A stretch of DNA of 64,000 bases from Orbicella franksi (lineage: Eukaryota), in contig OZ116711.1 of the NCBI GenBank assembly GCA_964199315.1, positions 4,650,001-4,714,000 on the forward strand, read 5' to 3'. The position numbers and the translations under genes were made by a program. This document shows, in pieces, positions 39,901 through 50,679 of the stretch. Position 1 is the stretch's first letter. Each line of letters starts with the position of its first letter. The notes beneath the pieces are model-generated. The model searched no databases. It was not told where the DNA came from and worked only from the letters and a program-made list of their open reading frames with translations.

Positions 39901-42900
39901 GTGATTCCTCAATGGCTTTTGTTTTGGTCCTTTGATGGAAAGGTCCACCCTTGAGCCTTGCCATCCCAGGGTCTTAACACATGTGGTGTTCTTAGGGAAG
40001 ATTGCTTACCCCAGTGTACAATGTACCCTCGACTCCACCTATAATAAGCAGCAAAAGTGTTGAGACACTTTGCAGTAATTTTGAGTGTCTCGGAATCGTT
40101 ACCCCCTTCCCCCCCCCCCCCCCCAAACAGTGTTGATTTTTCTATTTCTAACATTGCCCAGACCACAGCAGCTGGTCACAACATTGAACTGGGGGGACAG
40201 GGGGTGTCAGAGATTACCACCAGATACATATGAATTAGAATTTGTGGTTAGATACTGCAAAGTGTCGTTTTCTAATTAGGGCAACTAGCTTCCTACTTGT
40301 ATTGAACTGGGGAGGGAGATAGGGGTATGGGAGTAAGTCTCACTGCTTTATTTTGTGAGCCTTGTGCCTCTCATAAATCCCCAGGATTGCAACAGTCTTT
40401 ACCTTGCTTGGATGGGCACATGCAATCATATAGTATTCATAGTTCCACCTGTAGCTTATATTCTTCTGTGTGCTCCTTTGTTATTCTTTTCTAATTAAAT
40501 TTTATTTGTTTTCCAGATTTTGCCGTTGAAGGGGAAAAATTTGGAGAAGAAATGTATGATGCAGTGGGGACTAGCCTTAATGGACAGCCAGAGGTGAAAG
40601 AAGAAGAGGCTTGCAACTCTCCTATTGAAAACAAATATTCACCTTCAGCAGTCCCCAGGTACACTGTGCATGTTGATACTACAAATTTCAACCACAGAAT
40701 GCTTGTAAAAGGGCATTAGAATGTTGTGTATATGGTGGCATAACTCTCTCAAGGTCAAGTTTATTCTGACAACACAAGGTGTAGAGTGTAGAGTCCTGGA
40801 AGGTGTAGAGGTGAGGTTGGATGGAGGGGGTGTAGTTGAAGATTTATAAAGTAGCATGGAGGTACAGTAAGATTTGTGGCGTAAATTTGCATTTTTTCTT
40901 TTCTGAGGTGTTAGATAAGATTAAAAATTTTCTCTGCTCTGTATTTTGGGTGTTGGTTTATTTATTGTTCAAGGGGGTATTTTGTGACCTCTAGGTAAAT
41001 GTTTGACATTGAGTAAATAATAATAATAATAATAACAATGACAATGACAATGACAATGACAATGACAAAATAATATTTTAAGAGGAGGCCTCCAATCACC
41101 TAGAGGTGGTTTCGGGAGGGTCCTCTAAAAAATAAAAGCCTAGAATATACATTAAGTGTCTAAAATACAAAAGTAATAAAAGCTAAAAACATGATACTAA
41201 AACTAAGGATTAAAACTAGAACTAGGATTGAATGAAAACTGTTTCAGTTTGTATTTAATTTGTTTATTCTTGTTAATGCTTACATGTGTCAACTAGATCT
41301 TTTTGGCGTCAAATCATGCCTTTTTCACACCTTGTCTCTTGGCTTATTTTGGCAGAATCTTGTATTTTTTGATTGGATCTCAGTTAATGCTTCATGAACC
41401 TTTTTAGCAGTGCAAACAAAGAGAAAGGCAAGAAAGATCTCAAGAAGGAAATGGAAAACCAGAAAAAGAAAGAAAGGGAAGAACAGAAAAGGAGAAAGGA
41501 AGAAGAGAAAAGAAGAGAAAGAGAGGAAAGAGAAGAAAAAAGAAGGAAAGAAGAGGAGAAAAAGAGAAGGGACCGGGATGATAAAGAGCTTCGAAAAAAA
41601 CACAAGGTACCTGGGATTAAGATCAGGTTGCCAGCTGACAATGTTATGACTGACTGACTTTTTAACTGTAATATTGTTACCTGGAGTGATTGTTTTATTC
41701 CAGAAACCCTTTGAAAATGTTTTGGAGTAGCAGGCAGTATGACAGGGGTAGTAACCAAAACTAGTGAGACAATCTCAGATAGTGCAGAGCGCAATTGATA
41801 GCTCTGGTACAGTAGTTCCATAAGTACTCACCCATGCTCGGTTCACTTCCGGTTTGTGTCTACCTTAGTAGTCTGCTACGGCTTTTCCCCTTTGCAGTGT
41901 GTATGTTTCAAGGTTGTATTTTCATTCAAGGTCCAAAAATTACGCACAAATTAATTACTACTGGTGTTTTACGTTGATTTTACGTTCATTTTAAATTCAA
42001 TAATACGCTGAAGCAGCAAACGTGACAATTTAGCTCTTCACGCCAACTTTGTAACTTGATACTTTTGTTTTCCTCGCAGAGGCCTGTAATATGAAACCCT
42101 TGTTTTCTCCAAAACATACGGAAGATGTCCTTGTTTTTTGGAGATAAATGAAAGAAAGTTTAATATCTGATATGGTGATGAAGAAACGGAACAGAAACAA
42201 TGTTGTTTTATTAAAAATGCAAATTTTTACCGATGAACAGGAACTAATTTAATTATCAGATAGTCACGAAATACCACTTTCTTCTTCTGTTGCCACCTTT
42301 GTTGTTAACAATAAACCAATTCAAAATTATTACGCAACGATATTGATGGCTGAGAAGCATTTTAACGAAAAGTATTGAAGATAAACAGCGCTACTTGGCT
42401 GATATGAATGAGTCTCCTCAAAGACTGATTAAATTAATTTGCGCTTTCATTAGGTGCCACGGCGTCTGCAGCAATATTTGAGCATTTTCCTGGTTTCTTT
42501 TGTTACAAATTTACAATTTGCGGAGTATTAAAGCCACTAACTTGGGAACTTTTTGGTCTCTCTTACAGACACAATTAAGGCAAGAAATAAACAAGCCGCT
42601 AAGGAGAAGCAATATATTTGAACCCTGAGAAGCACACTATTGTAGATTGAAAACAGCAGATGATATTTGTTGAACCGACCTGTGTGTAATTCTAAAAGCT
42701 ACGCAGCCACAGTAACGTTTCACTTTTGCAATAAAAAGGGACAATTGGCGCTACCTGAAAAATAACTGCCGTCCTTGGTCACATGATATGACATTTAAAA
42801 TACCACGTGAAAAGATAGTGTATAACACTAACGATGCTAGAACGCATGCGTCTTACATGTTGAGCTCTACCATAAGGAAAACCACTCAACATTTGTGCGT

Positions 42901-45900
42901 GATTCCGTATACAATGTATCCTTCACCTAATATAGAAGCCACGAACGCTAACTAATCTACGCATGCGTTTAGGACAAATTAGTTTTGTTCTAAGGAGAAT
43001 GGTACCACAAGGAGAGGAAGGGGTTACCTGAAACAAATATATAGCTTTGCGATGTTCAAAGTTAAGCGATGGTGATGAAATGTGTTTTACGTAGACTACA
43101 CATGTACCTTTCCCACCCTACTCCCACTACTTCCTTGCCTCTAGACTAATTAATTAATTGAAATTAATTAATTAAACAAACATTAAAGTTTACACCTTAG
43201 CGCCATAGGGCCATAGCGCCATAGGGCCATAGCGCCATAGCGCCATAGCGCCATAGCGCCTTAGTTCCTTAGCGGCAGGCAACCCCCATAACCATCCCAA
43301 TAGTGCACTCTGCACTAAAAATGGCAGGGAGGGATTTGAAATTAATCAAAATTAGTGAACTTCAATGTGAAATAGGCAGTAAGGAATTTATTGTAGGTGA
43401 AAAACTGCCAACTGTCAGCACATTTGCAGGGCTGTTATATTGTAAGTTTTTTTGTGGAGGTATGGTGGTGTCTTCGCTGGTGCACTTTCCTCCAGATCAA
43501 GTGGTCCGGGCTCAGTGAATTTGGTTTATGGGCGAGGCAATTTACTGGCTCAGTGCCTCCCTGCAGTGACCTAGGTGTATAAATGGGTACTGGTGAATTT
43601 AATGCTGGGGTAACCCTGTGATGGACTAGCATGTCATTCATGCTACATGTCGCTTCATGCTACAGAAACTGGAGATAATTAAGGATGTGCCTGATGGGCC
43701 ACTTGGCTCATATGCAGACTTTACCATGTAACCTTTTTTTATATAGTAAGTTTATACTGACAGTATGCGTTTCTCCTTTTCAGTTAAAACCTGGAGCTGA
43801 AGGCAATGGTGTTGGAGAAGCTAAGAGAAACTTTACTGGTGATGGAAAGTTTGAACTGCCAGTGAAGGAAGGGGAGACACTGGTTATTATCAGTGAAAAA
43901 GGATGTCCTCAAGGAAAATGGCTTATTAAGAACCCTGAAGGACACTGTATGTTTAATTTGTGTCAGTTACTGTAGTAATGAAGAGAGGTGTGGTGACCAC
44001 ATGATTAGTGCGCTCATCTCTGGTATGAGCGGTCCGGGTTCAAGCCCTGGCCAGAGAGATTGTGTTTTGTTCTTGGAGAAAGACACTTTTCTCTCACAGT
44101 GCTTCTCTCCACCCGGGTGTATGAATGGGAACAGGCAAATTTAATGTTGGTGGGTAACCTTGCGATGGACTAGCATCCCATCTTGGTGGGAGTAGAAATA
44201 CTCCTAATTCTTTTATGCTGCAGAAACTGGCCTGATGGGCTTCTTGGAACCTGCTTATATGCAGACTTCTCCACTGTAGTTATGATTTGATTTATAGCCC
44301 TCCTTCCAGTAAGCACCTTGCAGGACCTCCCTATCAAGTGGGGCTGTATAAAGTGAATTATTATGGTAACTATTGTGTCCATTGCAGGGGTTTCAGATGG
44401 TCAAACCAGGCAGGCAAAATCATCCTCACGGCCAGTCAATTTACCCAGTACCCAGCCCTTAATGAAACCCCTGCTATTGTGTGCTCTGTGAATAGCTAGG
44501 AGGAGGGTTTAAATGACATCTGGAAACATTTCAAGATTTGTTGAGTTCATGTTCCCAAGCATCTCATCACTATTATATACTGTGAGATAGAGAGAACTAT
44601 GCTGTTGTTTTGTTGTTTTGATGAAAAGAACAACATGTTTCAAAATCCATAACTGACATGATTTTAAATGTTGATTTTTGTTTTTTGGTTGTTGTCTTTT
44701 CCAGTGGGTTACCTACCTACAGACCTCATTCAACTCAAAGTAAGTTTCTTTTAAGTTTAAAATCAGTGTTCCTCTGTATGCTAGTAGCAGCAATTTTCTT
44801 TCTGTTCTATTTTTATCTTAGCATTTCTTATATTTCATTCAGATTTTCTTATATTGTTCTCTTAGGCAATTATACCCATGAAAATCATTAACTCAAGCAT
44901 GCACGTTTTGTTTGATAATAATGAAAAGTTGCGTTTATTTTTCAGGTTGACAGTGAAGGAAATCGAATAAGGTATAGGTCTATTTTGTCAAATAGTCAAT
45001 GAAATTCTCTAGATTATTCATTAAGAAGCATCACAATATGCTTGTGGCTAACTTCCTATATACATTATCTTTACAGTCGAACCTCTCCACAACGGCCATC
45101 TAGGGGAGAGAAGAAACTGAAAGTGGCTGTTGTAGAGAGTTGGCCATTATGGGGAAGTAGGGCTATAATATGACCCCGGATTTTTTTGTGGGGTGAACAT
45201 TTTTATTGAAATAACAAATGCTTATTTTAGCTCGTAAATATATAACATAATCAAAATATATTGATCAATAAAACAGAAACAGAGACCAGTGATGTGTGTT
45301 TCCATTCAAGTTTTGTGACCTTTAACAATGAAAAGTTGTGGTTTTGTATACACCGTTTGTTAGTCGTTGATTAACTGGTTGTTATGGAGATGTTGTTTCG
45401 GTAATTGGGATGCACTTTAGTGGCCATTACCATTGTGGAGAGGTGGCTGTTGTAGAGAGGTTAAAATAAAAGTGAATGTATGGACAATCTGCTGAGACAA
45501 AAAAATAGTGGCTATATTGTTATGAGGTGGCCATTAGTGGAGGTTTGACTCTATCAACAATATTTGCGTAGTTTTTCATTTATAGTTTCTATTTTGTACT
45601 TTGATGAACTGACAGAGTAAACCATGTTTCAAACAACACATATTGATATACAGCAGTGCCATACAGTTATTAATTGTCTAAAAAGAAAAATTATCTAACC
45701 AATCTACATGTAAATAGACATTCAAAACACGAAATTATGTGAAACAAGTATGTTCATGATTTCCATGGCAGATAACTAACTTGACTTGATTGATTTTAGT
45801 GCAATTATAACAGAAGACTTCTATGAAGATGTTGACCAATATCAAAGTGCAACCAAAATAGAAGAAGGTATGTTGATGTATGTATATATAGTGCGGACGT

Positions 45901-47035
45901 ACAAGAGTTTTTCTTGCCTTTTTCTTCTACTGATGCTGAAAGCTTTGATGGAAATATTGAAGTTAGCGCAAGGACAAATAAAAGCCTATGGATCAGATCT
46001 CAAACCTTATTTGGCAATGAAAGTGAGAATTATGCACTTTACCACTAAAGTCTTCTTTCTTGTAATTCTGGGCTTAAATTTGATTGAGAAGAGTAGAAAA
46101 TAACCTTTGTGACTTAGCCTGTGTCCCCCGATTTTTTGAGGGGCACACAGGCTATTGAGACTGGGCTGCTTTTCTTTTGGAACAGGATATGCTAATAGCT
46201 GTGTTTGTAAGCATGGTGATCTGGGTGTAGACACAGTATGCCTGAGTGCATTAGGCTGCTAGACTTGAAATGTGCTGACCCTGCATTCAGTTTCTTAATA
46301 ACTGCATCAACCACTACCTGGTGTCTCACGTTTGACCCATGGGTTTGGACCCTTGGGTTTGAACCCTTGGGTATTAAGGATGCTTACTCTCACAGTGCCT
46401 TTCTCAGCTGGAAGTATAAATAGCCAACAGTCAATTTATTGGGGAAGTGGTGGAAGGGGGCAGGTCTTGGTACAATGGACTAGCCACCCATTCAGGGGAG
46501 ATTAACATCACTTTTGGTCACTTCAAGCTACAGAAACTGAGATAAGCTCCAGGACACATGGCCAATACAGACTTCACCTTTTACCTGCTTTCAGCTAGTG
46601 TGGATTCCTAATCATGTTACGTTCATTTGCAATATTGACATAAATATCAGTTCTTTATTTTGATTTCTGAAATATTTTCTCTCTTTGCACTGTCTTCTTG
46701 TTCAGAAGAGGACGACCAAGAAGTTTATGATGACATAGCGGCTGGGCAAGGTATGAATGATATGGGCTAAAGTGCCTGAACTTAATAACTTAATAATATT
46801 TATTATTTCAATTCATATTTGCATTTTTCACTCATTTTATTTAACTGCACAACGAATGCACTTGCTAGCTTTGACCCTTGCAGGCTCTTGAAGGCTTAAG
46901 ACATTAATTTTCACAAATTTTTGCTGAAAATTGTTCTTTAATTGATAATGTAATTTACTAAACCATACTGCTATTTTTTTTTTTGCAGAACCCATTGATG
47001 AAGACTTGTACGAGGAACTTCCAGCTGATCAGTAA
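36932..47035 (+). CDS. FYB: FYB/ADAP-PRAM1-FYB2 family adaptor with one helically extended SH3 domain (592 aa)
   Basis: Coding exons 36932-37709, 38417-38539, 39164-39319, 40517-40658, 41411-41606, 43784-43946, 44705-44739, 44946-44971, 45800-45867, 46706-46750, 46989-47035 (1779 nt); in-frame stop upstream of the ATG. Family hallmarks: LPTLESLGKPPPKCPKP (cf. ADAP PLFTLGPPPPKPNRPP); K/E/R coiled coil ending KELRKKHK, then SH3 (ELPVKEGETLVII..KGCPQGKWLIKNPEGHLGYLP); YDDV motifs; DQEVYDDI (cf. ADAP DQEVYDDV). A probable 5' UTR exon ends near 34755. Confidence 0.8.
37129..37356 (+). repeat. In-frame 114-bp (38-aa) tandem duplication inside FYB-like exon 1
   Basis: Units 37129-37242 and 37243-37356, nearly identical: IAEDIDNKNTANADEPTNELQSLMARRRA(LS/MF)EHKEEEE. 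Confidence 0.95.
38105..38345 (+). mobile_element. tRNA-derived SINE (family B)
   Basis: tRNA-like head gcagtgtggccgtgtggttagggcactgg with A-box and degenerate B-box, followed by a non-tRNA body. Confidence 0.5.
39380..39820 (+). mobile_element. tRNA-derived SINE (family A), interrupted copy
   Basis: gttcaagccctggccggggacattg...ccatcccatccagggggag; tail resumes near 39760; homologous to 43981-44268. Confidence 0.55.
41019..41068 (+). repeat. Compound microsatellite (AAT)n(AATGAC)n
   Basis: taataataataataataac followed by aatgac repeats, seen directly. Confidence 0.85.
43198..43263 (+). repeat. 8-bp tandem repeat (TAGCGCCA/TAGGGCCA) x about 8
   Basis: Seen directly; probably part of an interspersed element end. 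Confidence 0.85.
43455..43727 (+). mobile_element. tRNA-derived SINE (family A)
   Basis: Shares gtataaatgggtac, gtaaccctgtgatggactagcat, gcttcatgctacagaaact and cctgatgggccacttggctcatatgcagacttt with the other copies. Confidence 0.65.
43981..44268 (+). mobile_element. tRNA-derived SINE (family A), most complete copy
   Basis: A-box-like gtggtgaccacatgattagtgcg, B-box-like gggttcaagccc, conserved body and gcagactt tail. Confidence 0.7.
45072..45553. mobile_element. Tc1/mariner (pogo/Tigger-type) MITE
   Basis: ta|cagtcgaacctc ... gaggtttgactc|ta termini, with internal repeated gtggcc/gttgtagagag motifs. Confidence 0.65.
46380..46585 (+). mobile_element. tRNA-derived SINE (family A), 5'-truncated
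   Basis: ttactctcacagtgcct...atggactagc...gctacagaaactgagataagctcc...cagacttcaccttttacct. Confidence 0.55.
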
Positions 47036-47891
47036 TATTATTGCATTGTGAAAACTCATCCCTAGTCTCCTCCGCAGCCGTTATTTGAAATCGTCACGCA
47101 ACGCTTCTCCGATGCGTGATGACCTAAATAACGACTGCAAGAGACTAACTGAGGGGTTCCCAAGATGATCAGTGTGTGTCACTGGTCTTCATCCTGCAGA
47201 TTTTATCTACTATTGTACAATGTACAGATGAATATTTTAGCCATTTGATATTAATATTTTTCTTAATATTTTTCTTATAAGAATTGAAATTCAAATTTGT
47301 TGACACGTACCTCCCGGGGTGGGTCAGAAAAGTGCACACGGGCTATAAGCTTGTCAGCTGTTTATGGTGATCTCACGCAATTCTAAAAGAGAGGTGACAT
47401 CACGCAATATCGATGAATGTCTCGTAACAACCCAAGTAACGGACAGCCAGAACGAGGGAATAAACGTTCTTATATCCAAAATTTTGTCATTGAATGTGGT
47501 AAGGAAAAAAAGAAATAGAATTTAACGCTTTTAAGTTACTTTAGGAAATAGTGTATTTTTCTAAATACACATTCGAAGAACAAGTGTGTTTTTTTTTTAC
47601 AAAAATATGTTACAAATGAGCTGAGGGGCGAACCAATTTGTATACTGCGAGTAATTTACTAAATAAAGGAAGGGATCTTAATGGAATTGGAGATTATAAA
47701 TTGAAATATATTGTACTTTTGCAGTTACATGTAAGACAGCAAGGGAAAATCAGTTATTTGAAATAAAGTTGTAATTTGGTATAACATTGATAATTTTGTT
47801 GTTTTCGCTTCAGGAAACTAAACGATTCATTTTGACTCGTAAACGTGTTACTACTACATCATGTTGGCCATTGACTTTTGTATCATTTGGT

Positions 47892-47907
47892 GGCTCCTAA
47901 AGGAGCC
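47892..47907 (-). terminator. Histone 3' stem-loop of H2B
   Basis: Minus strand reads CAAAACAAAC-GGCTCC-TTTA-GGAGCC-ACCAAAT, then CAAAAGTCA (putative HDE). Confidence 0.9.
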
Positions 47908-47939
47908 GTTTGTTTTGGCGCGAAACCTCTAAAGTGAGT

Positions 47940-48311
47940 TTACTTGCTGCTGGTGTACTTAGTCACAGCCTTGGTTCCTTCACTCACGGCGTGTTTGGCC
48001 AGTTCACCGGGTAGAAGCAGCCTGATGGCGGTCTGGATCTCGCGGGAGCTGATGGTTGATTTCTTGTTGTAGTGGGCAAGGCGGGAAGCTTCGGTGGCGA
48101 TGCGTTCGAAGATGTCATTGACGAACGAGTTCATGATGCCCATGGCTTTGCTGGAGATACCAGTGTCAGGGTGAACCTGCTTCAACACTTTGTAGATGTA
48201 GATAGCATAGCTTTCCTTTCTCTTTCCCCTTCTCTTCTTCTTTCCATCAGCGGCGGCCTTTGCCTTACCGGCTTTCTTCTCACCTTTCTTCCCTGCAACT
48301 TTAGGTGCCAT
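47940..48311 (-). CDS. H2B: Histone H2B, replication-dependent type, intact (123 aa)
   Basis: Full ORF ...[26 protein letters not shown]...AVTKYTSSK; intronless; TATA upstream and stem-loop downstream. Confidence 0.97.
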   Translation of the reverse strand: MAPKVAGKKGEKKAGKAKAAADGKKKRRGKRKESYAIYIYKVLKQVHPDTGISSKAMGIMNSFVNDIFERIATEASRLAHYNKKSTISSREIQTAIRLLLPGELAKHAVSEGTKAVTKYTSSK

Positions 48312-48612
48312 GTCTGAAGATCAGATATGAAATACCTGCCCACTCGGTTGACCCTCTATTTATATGAAAATGAGTGAAGGATCGATTAACTTACGGATCG
48401 AAATCCTCGATTGGTGATTGGTTAGATCTTAAAGCTGACCCTTGAGGTCAATTTTTCTACAATGGCCCATTCAATGTATTAGACCACTAGGTTTTGATTG
48501 GTGCTTTTCGATCCTTCCTACCTCGGTAAGAACTATAAATATGTTGCTGTTTGCAAAGTGATGTTACTTACTCTCTATTTTGAGACAACGAAGTTTTTGT
48601 ACATCGTTAATC
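48312..48612. promoter_or_regulatory. Bidirectional H2B/H2A promoter
   Basis: TATAAA at 48359-48364 (-) and 48534-48539 (+); CGATCCTTC at 48376-48384 (-) and 48509-48517 (+); several ATTGG/CCAAT boxes between them. Confidence 0.75.
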
Positions 48613-50640
48613 ATGTCTGGTCGCGGCAAAGGGAAAGCAAAGGGCACTAAGTCCAAGAGCCGCTCATCCCGAGCAGGGCTTCAGTTCCCAGTCGGTCGTA
48701 TCCACCGTCTTCTTCGCAAAGGCAACTATGCTGAGCGTGTTGGCGCCGGTGTCACAGTGATATGTGTATCCCCGTGATATGTGTATCCCCGCACACATAT
48801 CACTAGTGATATGTGTATCCCCTCCAAAATGGCGACCAGTGATATGTGTATCCCCCACCCCCCTCCCCTCTACTTTAAAAAGCAATATCCTCCTTGAAAG
48901 CGCTCTCGTCGTCCGGTCGCTTACTGGACGAACGACTAACCCAAACAGGCTTAAAACACAAATCTCAATTTTTGTAGTTGAAAAAGTTTACGTATCTGCT
49001 GCTGGAATTGTGTTCTTGATCCTAACTGGTTTTCTGCGAGCAGGATATAATGAATTTAAAGTTGAACACCAAATGGATCTAGATATATTTCAATTTGAGT
49101 TTCACGGCACCGGATTTCTAGGACGATATTAATTGCGCGGTTCGACGCGGTGCATTCTCACCCCTCGAGTAACGCATATTCTCCACTGTTCATCGCCTTG
49201 TTTGCATCTGAATTATTCGTGGAGTGAAGCACATATCACGGCTTCGACCCGATCGCCATAAAATGATTAGTGGCACTCGTGTATCCCCTGCACCCGCTTA
49301 TCAGTTCGACTTTTTGTAAGATATGTTAAGTCTCAAGCTGTATTAACATTGCTATACTGCGAATATTGCTAGCACGTTTCATAATATTCGACGTTTATTC
49401 TTCGGCAGTTAGCCTAGATTACGGCTGTCTTCAGGGGATACACATATCACTGCGCCATGTAATAATTAGTGATATGTGTATCCCCTGCATGCGGTCGGCG
49501 ACGGTGTACAAGCGAGGTCAGTGAAACTCCAGAAATCCCAAGCTATGAATAAATGCCGGGTGTGAATATTTCTAGCAAGCCAGTTTTGACAATGCAAATG
49601 TTATGGGCATTTTTCTTCTTGGGTAGAAAGCCAATATAACAGCTGTGTCCATGGGGATACACATATCACTAGTTCATGAAATAATCAGTGATATGTGTAT
49701 CCCTTATTATCCCGTGCACGCGTGCACGCGTTTTTAGTGGAATTATCGAGTTTCAAACTTCAGTGAACCCAAGCCGTGTAAAAACGTCGGGTGCTAATAT
49801 TGCCTGCAGTTTTGACAAGGTTGATGCGCTATATTATAACAGTTGTGTTTCTGGGGATACACATATCACTGCGCCATGAAATAATTAGTGATATGTGTAT
49901 CCCCTGCACGCGATTTCAGTTTAGATATTTAGACATTCGAGTTGCAAACTCCGCAAACCTCAACCTGGGTATAAACGTCGTAGCGAGTAAGCAGCCAGCA
50001 CGTTTCGGTAATAATTGGCCATTTTCTTCGATCAGGTAGATAGCCAATCTAACGGCTGTGTTTAGGGGATACACACTGAGATCACTGCGCCATGAAATAA
50101 TTAGTGATATGCGTATCCGCTGTTCGAAGTTTTAGTCAGATATACAATCGAGTCGGTTAGAACTCAACCAAACTCAAGAAATCCTAATCTGCTCCGTTGG
50201 GCGCGAATTCATTTCTGGTTTCTTCTACTCTTTACAGCACTCGTCGGAACCTCGCAACCGAGTCGCCATTTTGTTCGTTGAATGCCCAGGCGCGTATCAG
50301 TGTTTTGTGTATCCCCACAGGGGATACACATATCACTAGTGATATGTGTGCGGGGATACACATATTACGGGGATACACATATCACTGTGACACCGGTGCT
50401 CCAGTGTACTTGGCTGCCGTGCTTGAATATTTGAGCGCCGAGATCCTCGAGTTGGCGGGCAACGCTGCTCGTGACAACAAGAAGACAAGAATCATTCCCC
50501 GTCACCTTCAGCTGGCTGTCCGTAATGACGAGGAGTTGAACAAACTGCTTGCCGGTGTCACCATCGCACAGGGGGGTGTTCTTCCCAACATCCAGGCTGT
50601 ACTTCTGCCCAAGAAGACCGAGAAGAAAACCAAAGCTTAA
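48613..50640 (+). pseudogene. H2A: Histone H2A disrupted by a transposon insertion; otherwise intact
   Basis: 48613-48749 joined to 50397-50640 gives 381 nt and a canonical 126-aa H2A (MSGRGKGK...[18 protein letters not shown]...[12 protein letters not shown]). With the insert, the frame stops at 48777. Confidence 0.93.
48750..50392. mobile_element. Non-autonomous Ginger1-like DNA transposon, 1,643 bp
   Basis: TGTCAC...GTGACA termini; 74-bp TIRs (48750-48823 and 50319-50392, one mismatch); CCGG duplicated at 48746-48749 and 50393-50396. TG..CA ends with CCGG-specific 4-bp TSDs are the described Ginger1 signature. No integrase ORF recognised. Confidence 0.82.
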
Positions 50641-50663
50641 ATAAGTTTTGACTCGAAACAAAC

Positions 50664-50679
50664 GGCTCCTCTAGGAGCC
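50664..50679 (+). terminator. Histone 3' stem-loop of H2A
   Basis: GAAACAAAC-GGCTCC-TCTA-GGAGCC-ACCAAAT, then AAAAAGTCA. Confidence 0.9.

Noticed and set aside
49229-50120. CRISPR-like array (palindromic repeats of about 52 bp separated by about 150-bp spacers)
   Set aside because: The spacers are homologous to each other and too long, the repeat is the transposon's own TIR motif, there are no cas genes, and the context is eukaryotic.
48749-50404. Ginger element removed as an intron (G|GTGTCA donor, CCAG| acceptor), giving H2A lacking 3 residues
   Set aside because: The frame would be kept, but the donor is poor, there is no polypyrimidine tract, and the product would lose Gly-Ala-Pro from the histone fold. 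Only spliced reads could revive this idea.
50197-50640. 147-aa ORF as a novel N-terminally extended H2A variant
   Set aside because: TTG start inside the transposon; the N-terminal part is translated TIR, and the H2A part lacks the first 45 residues.
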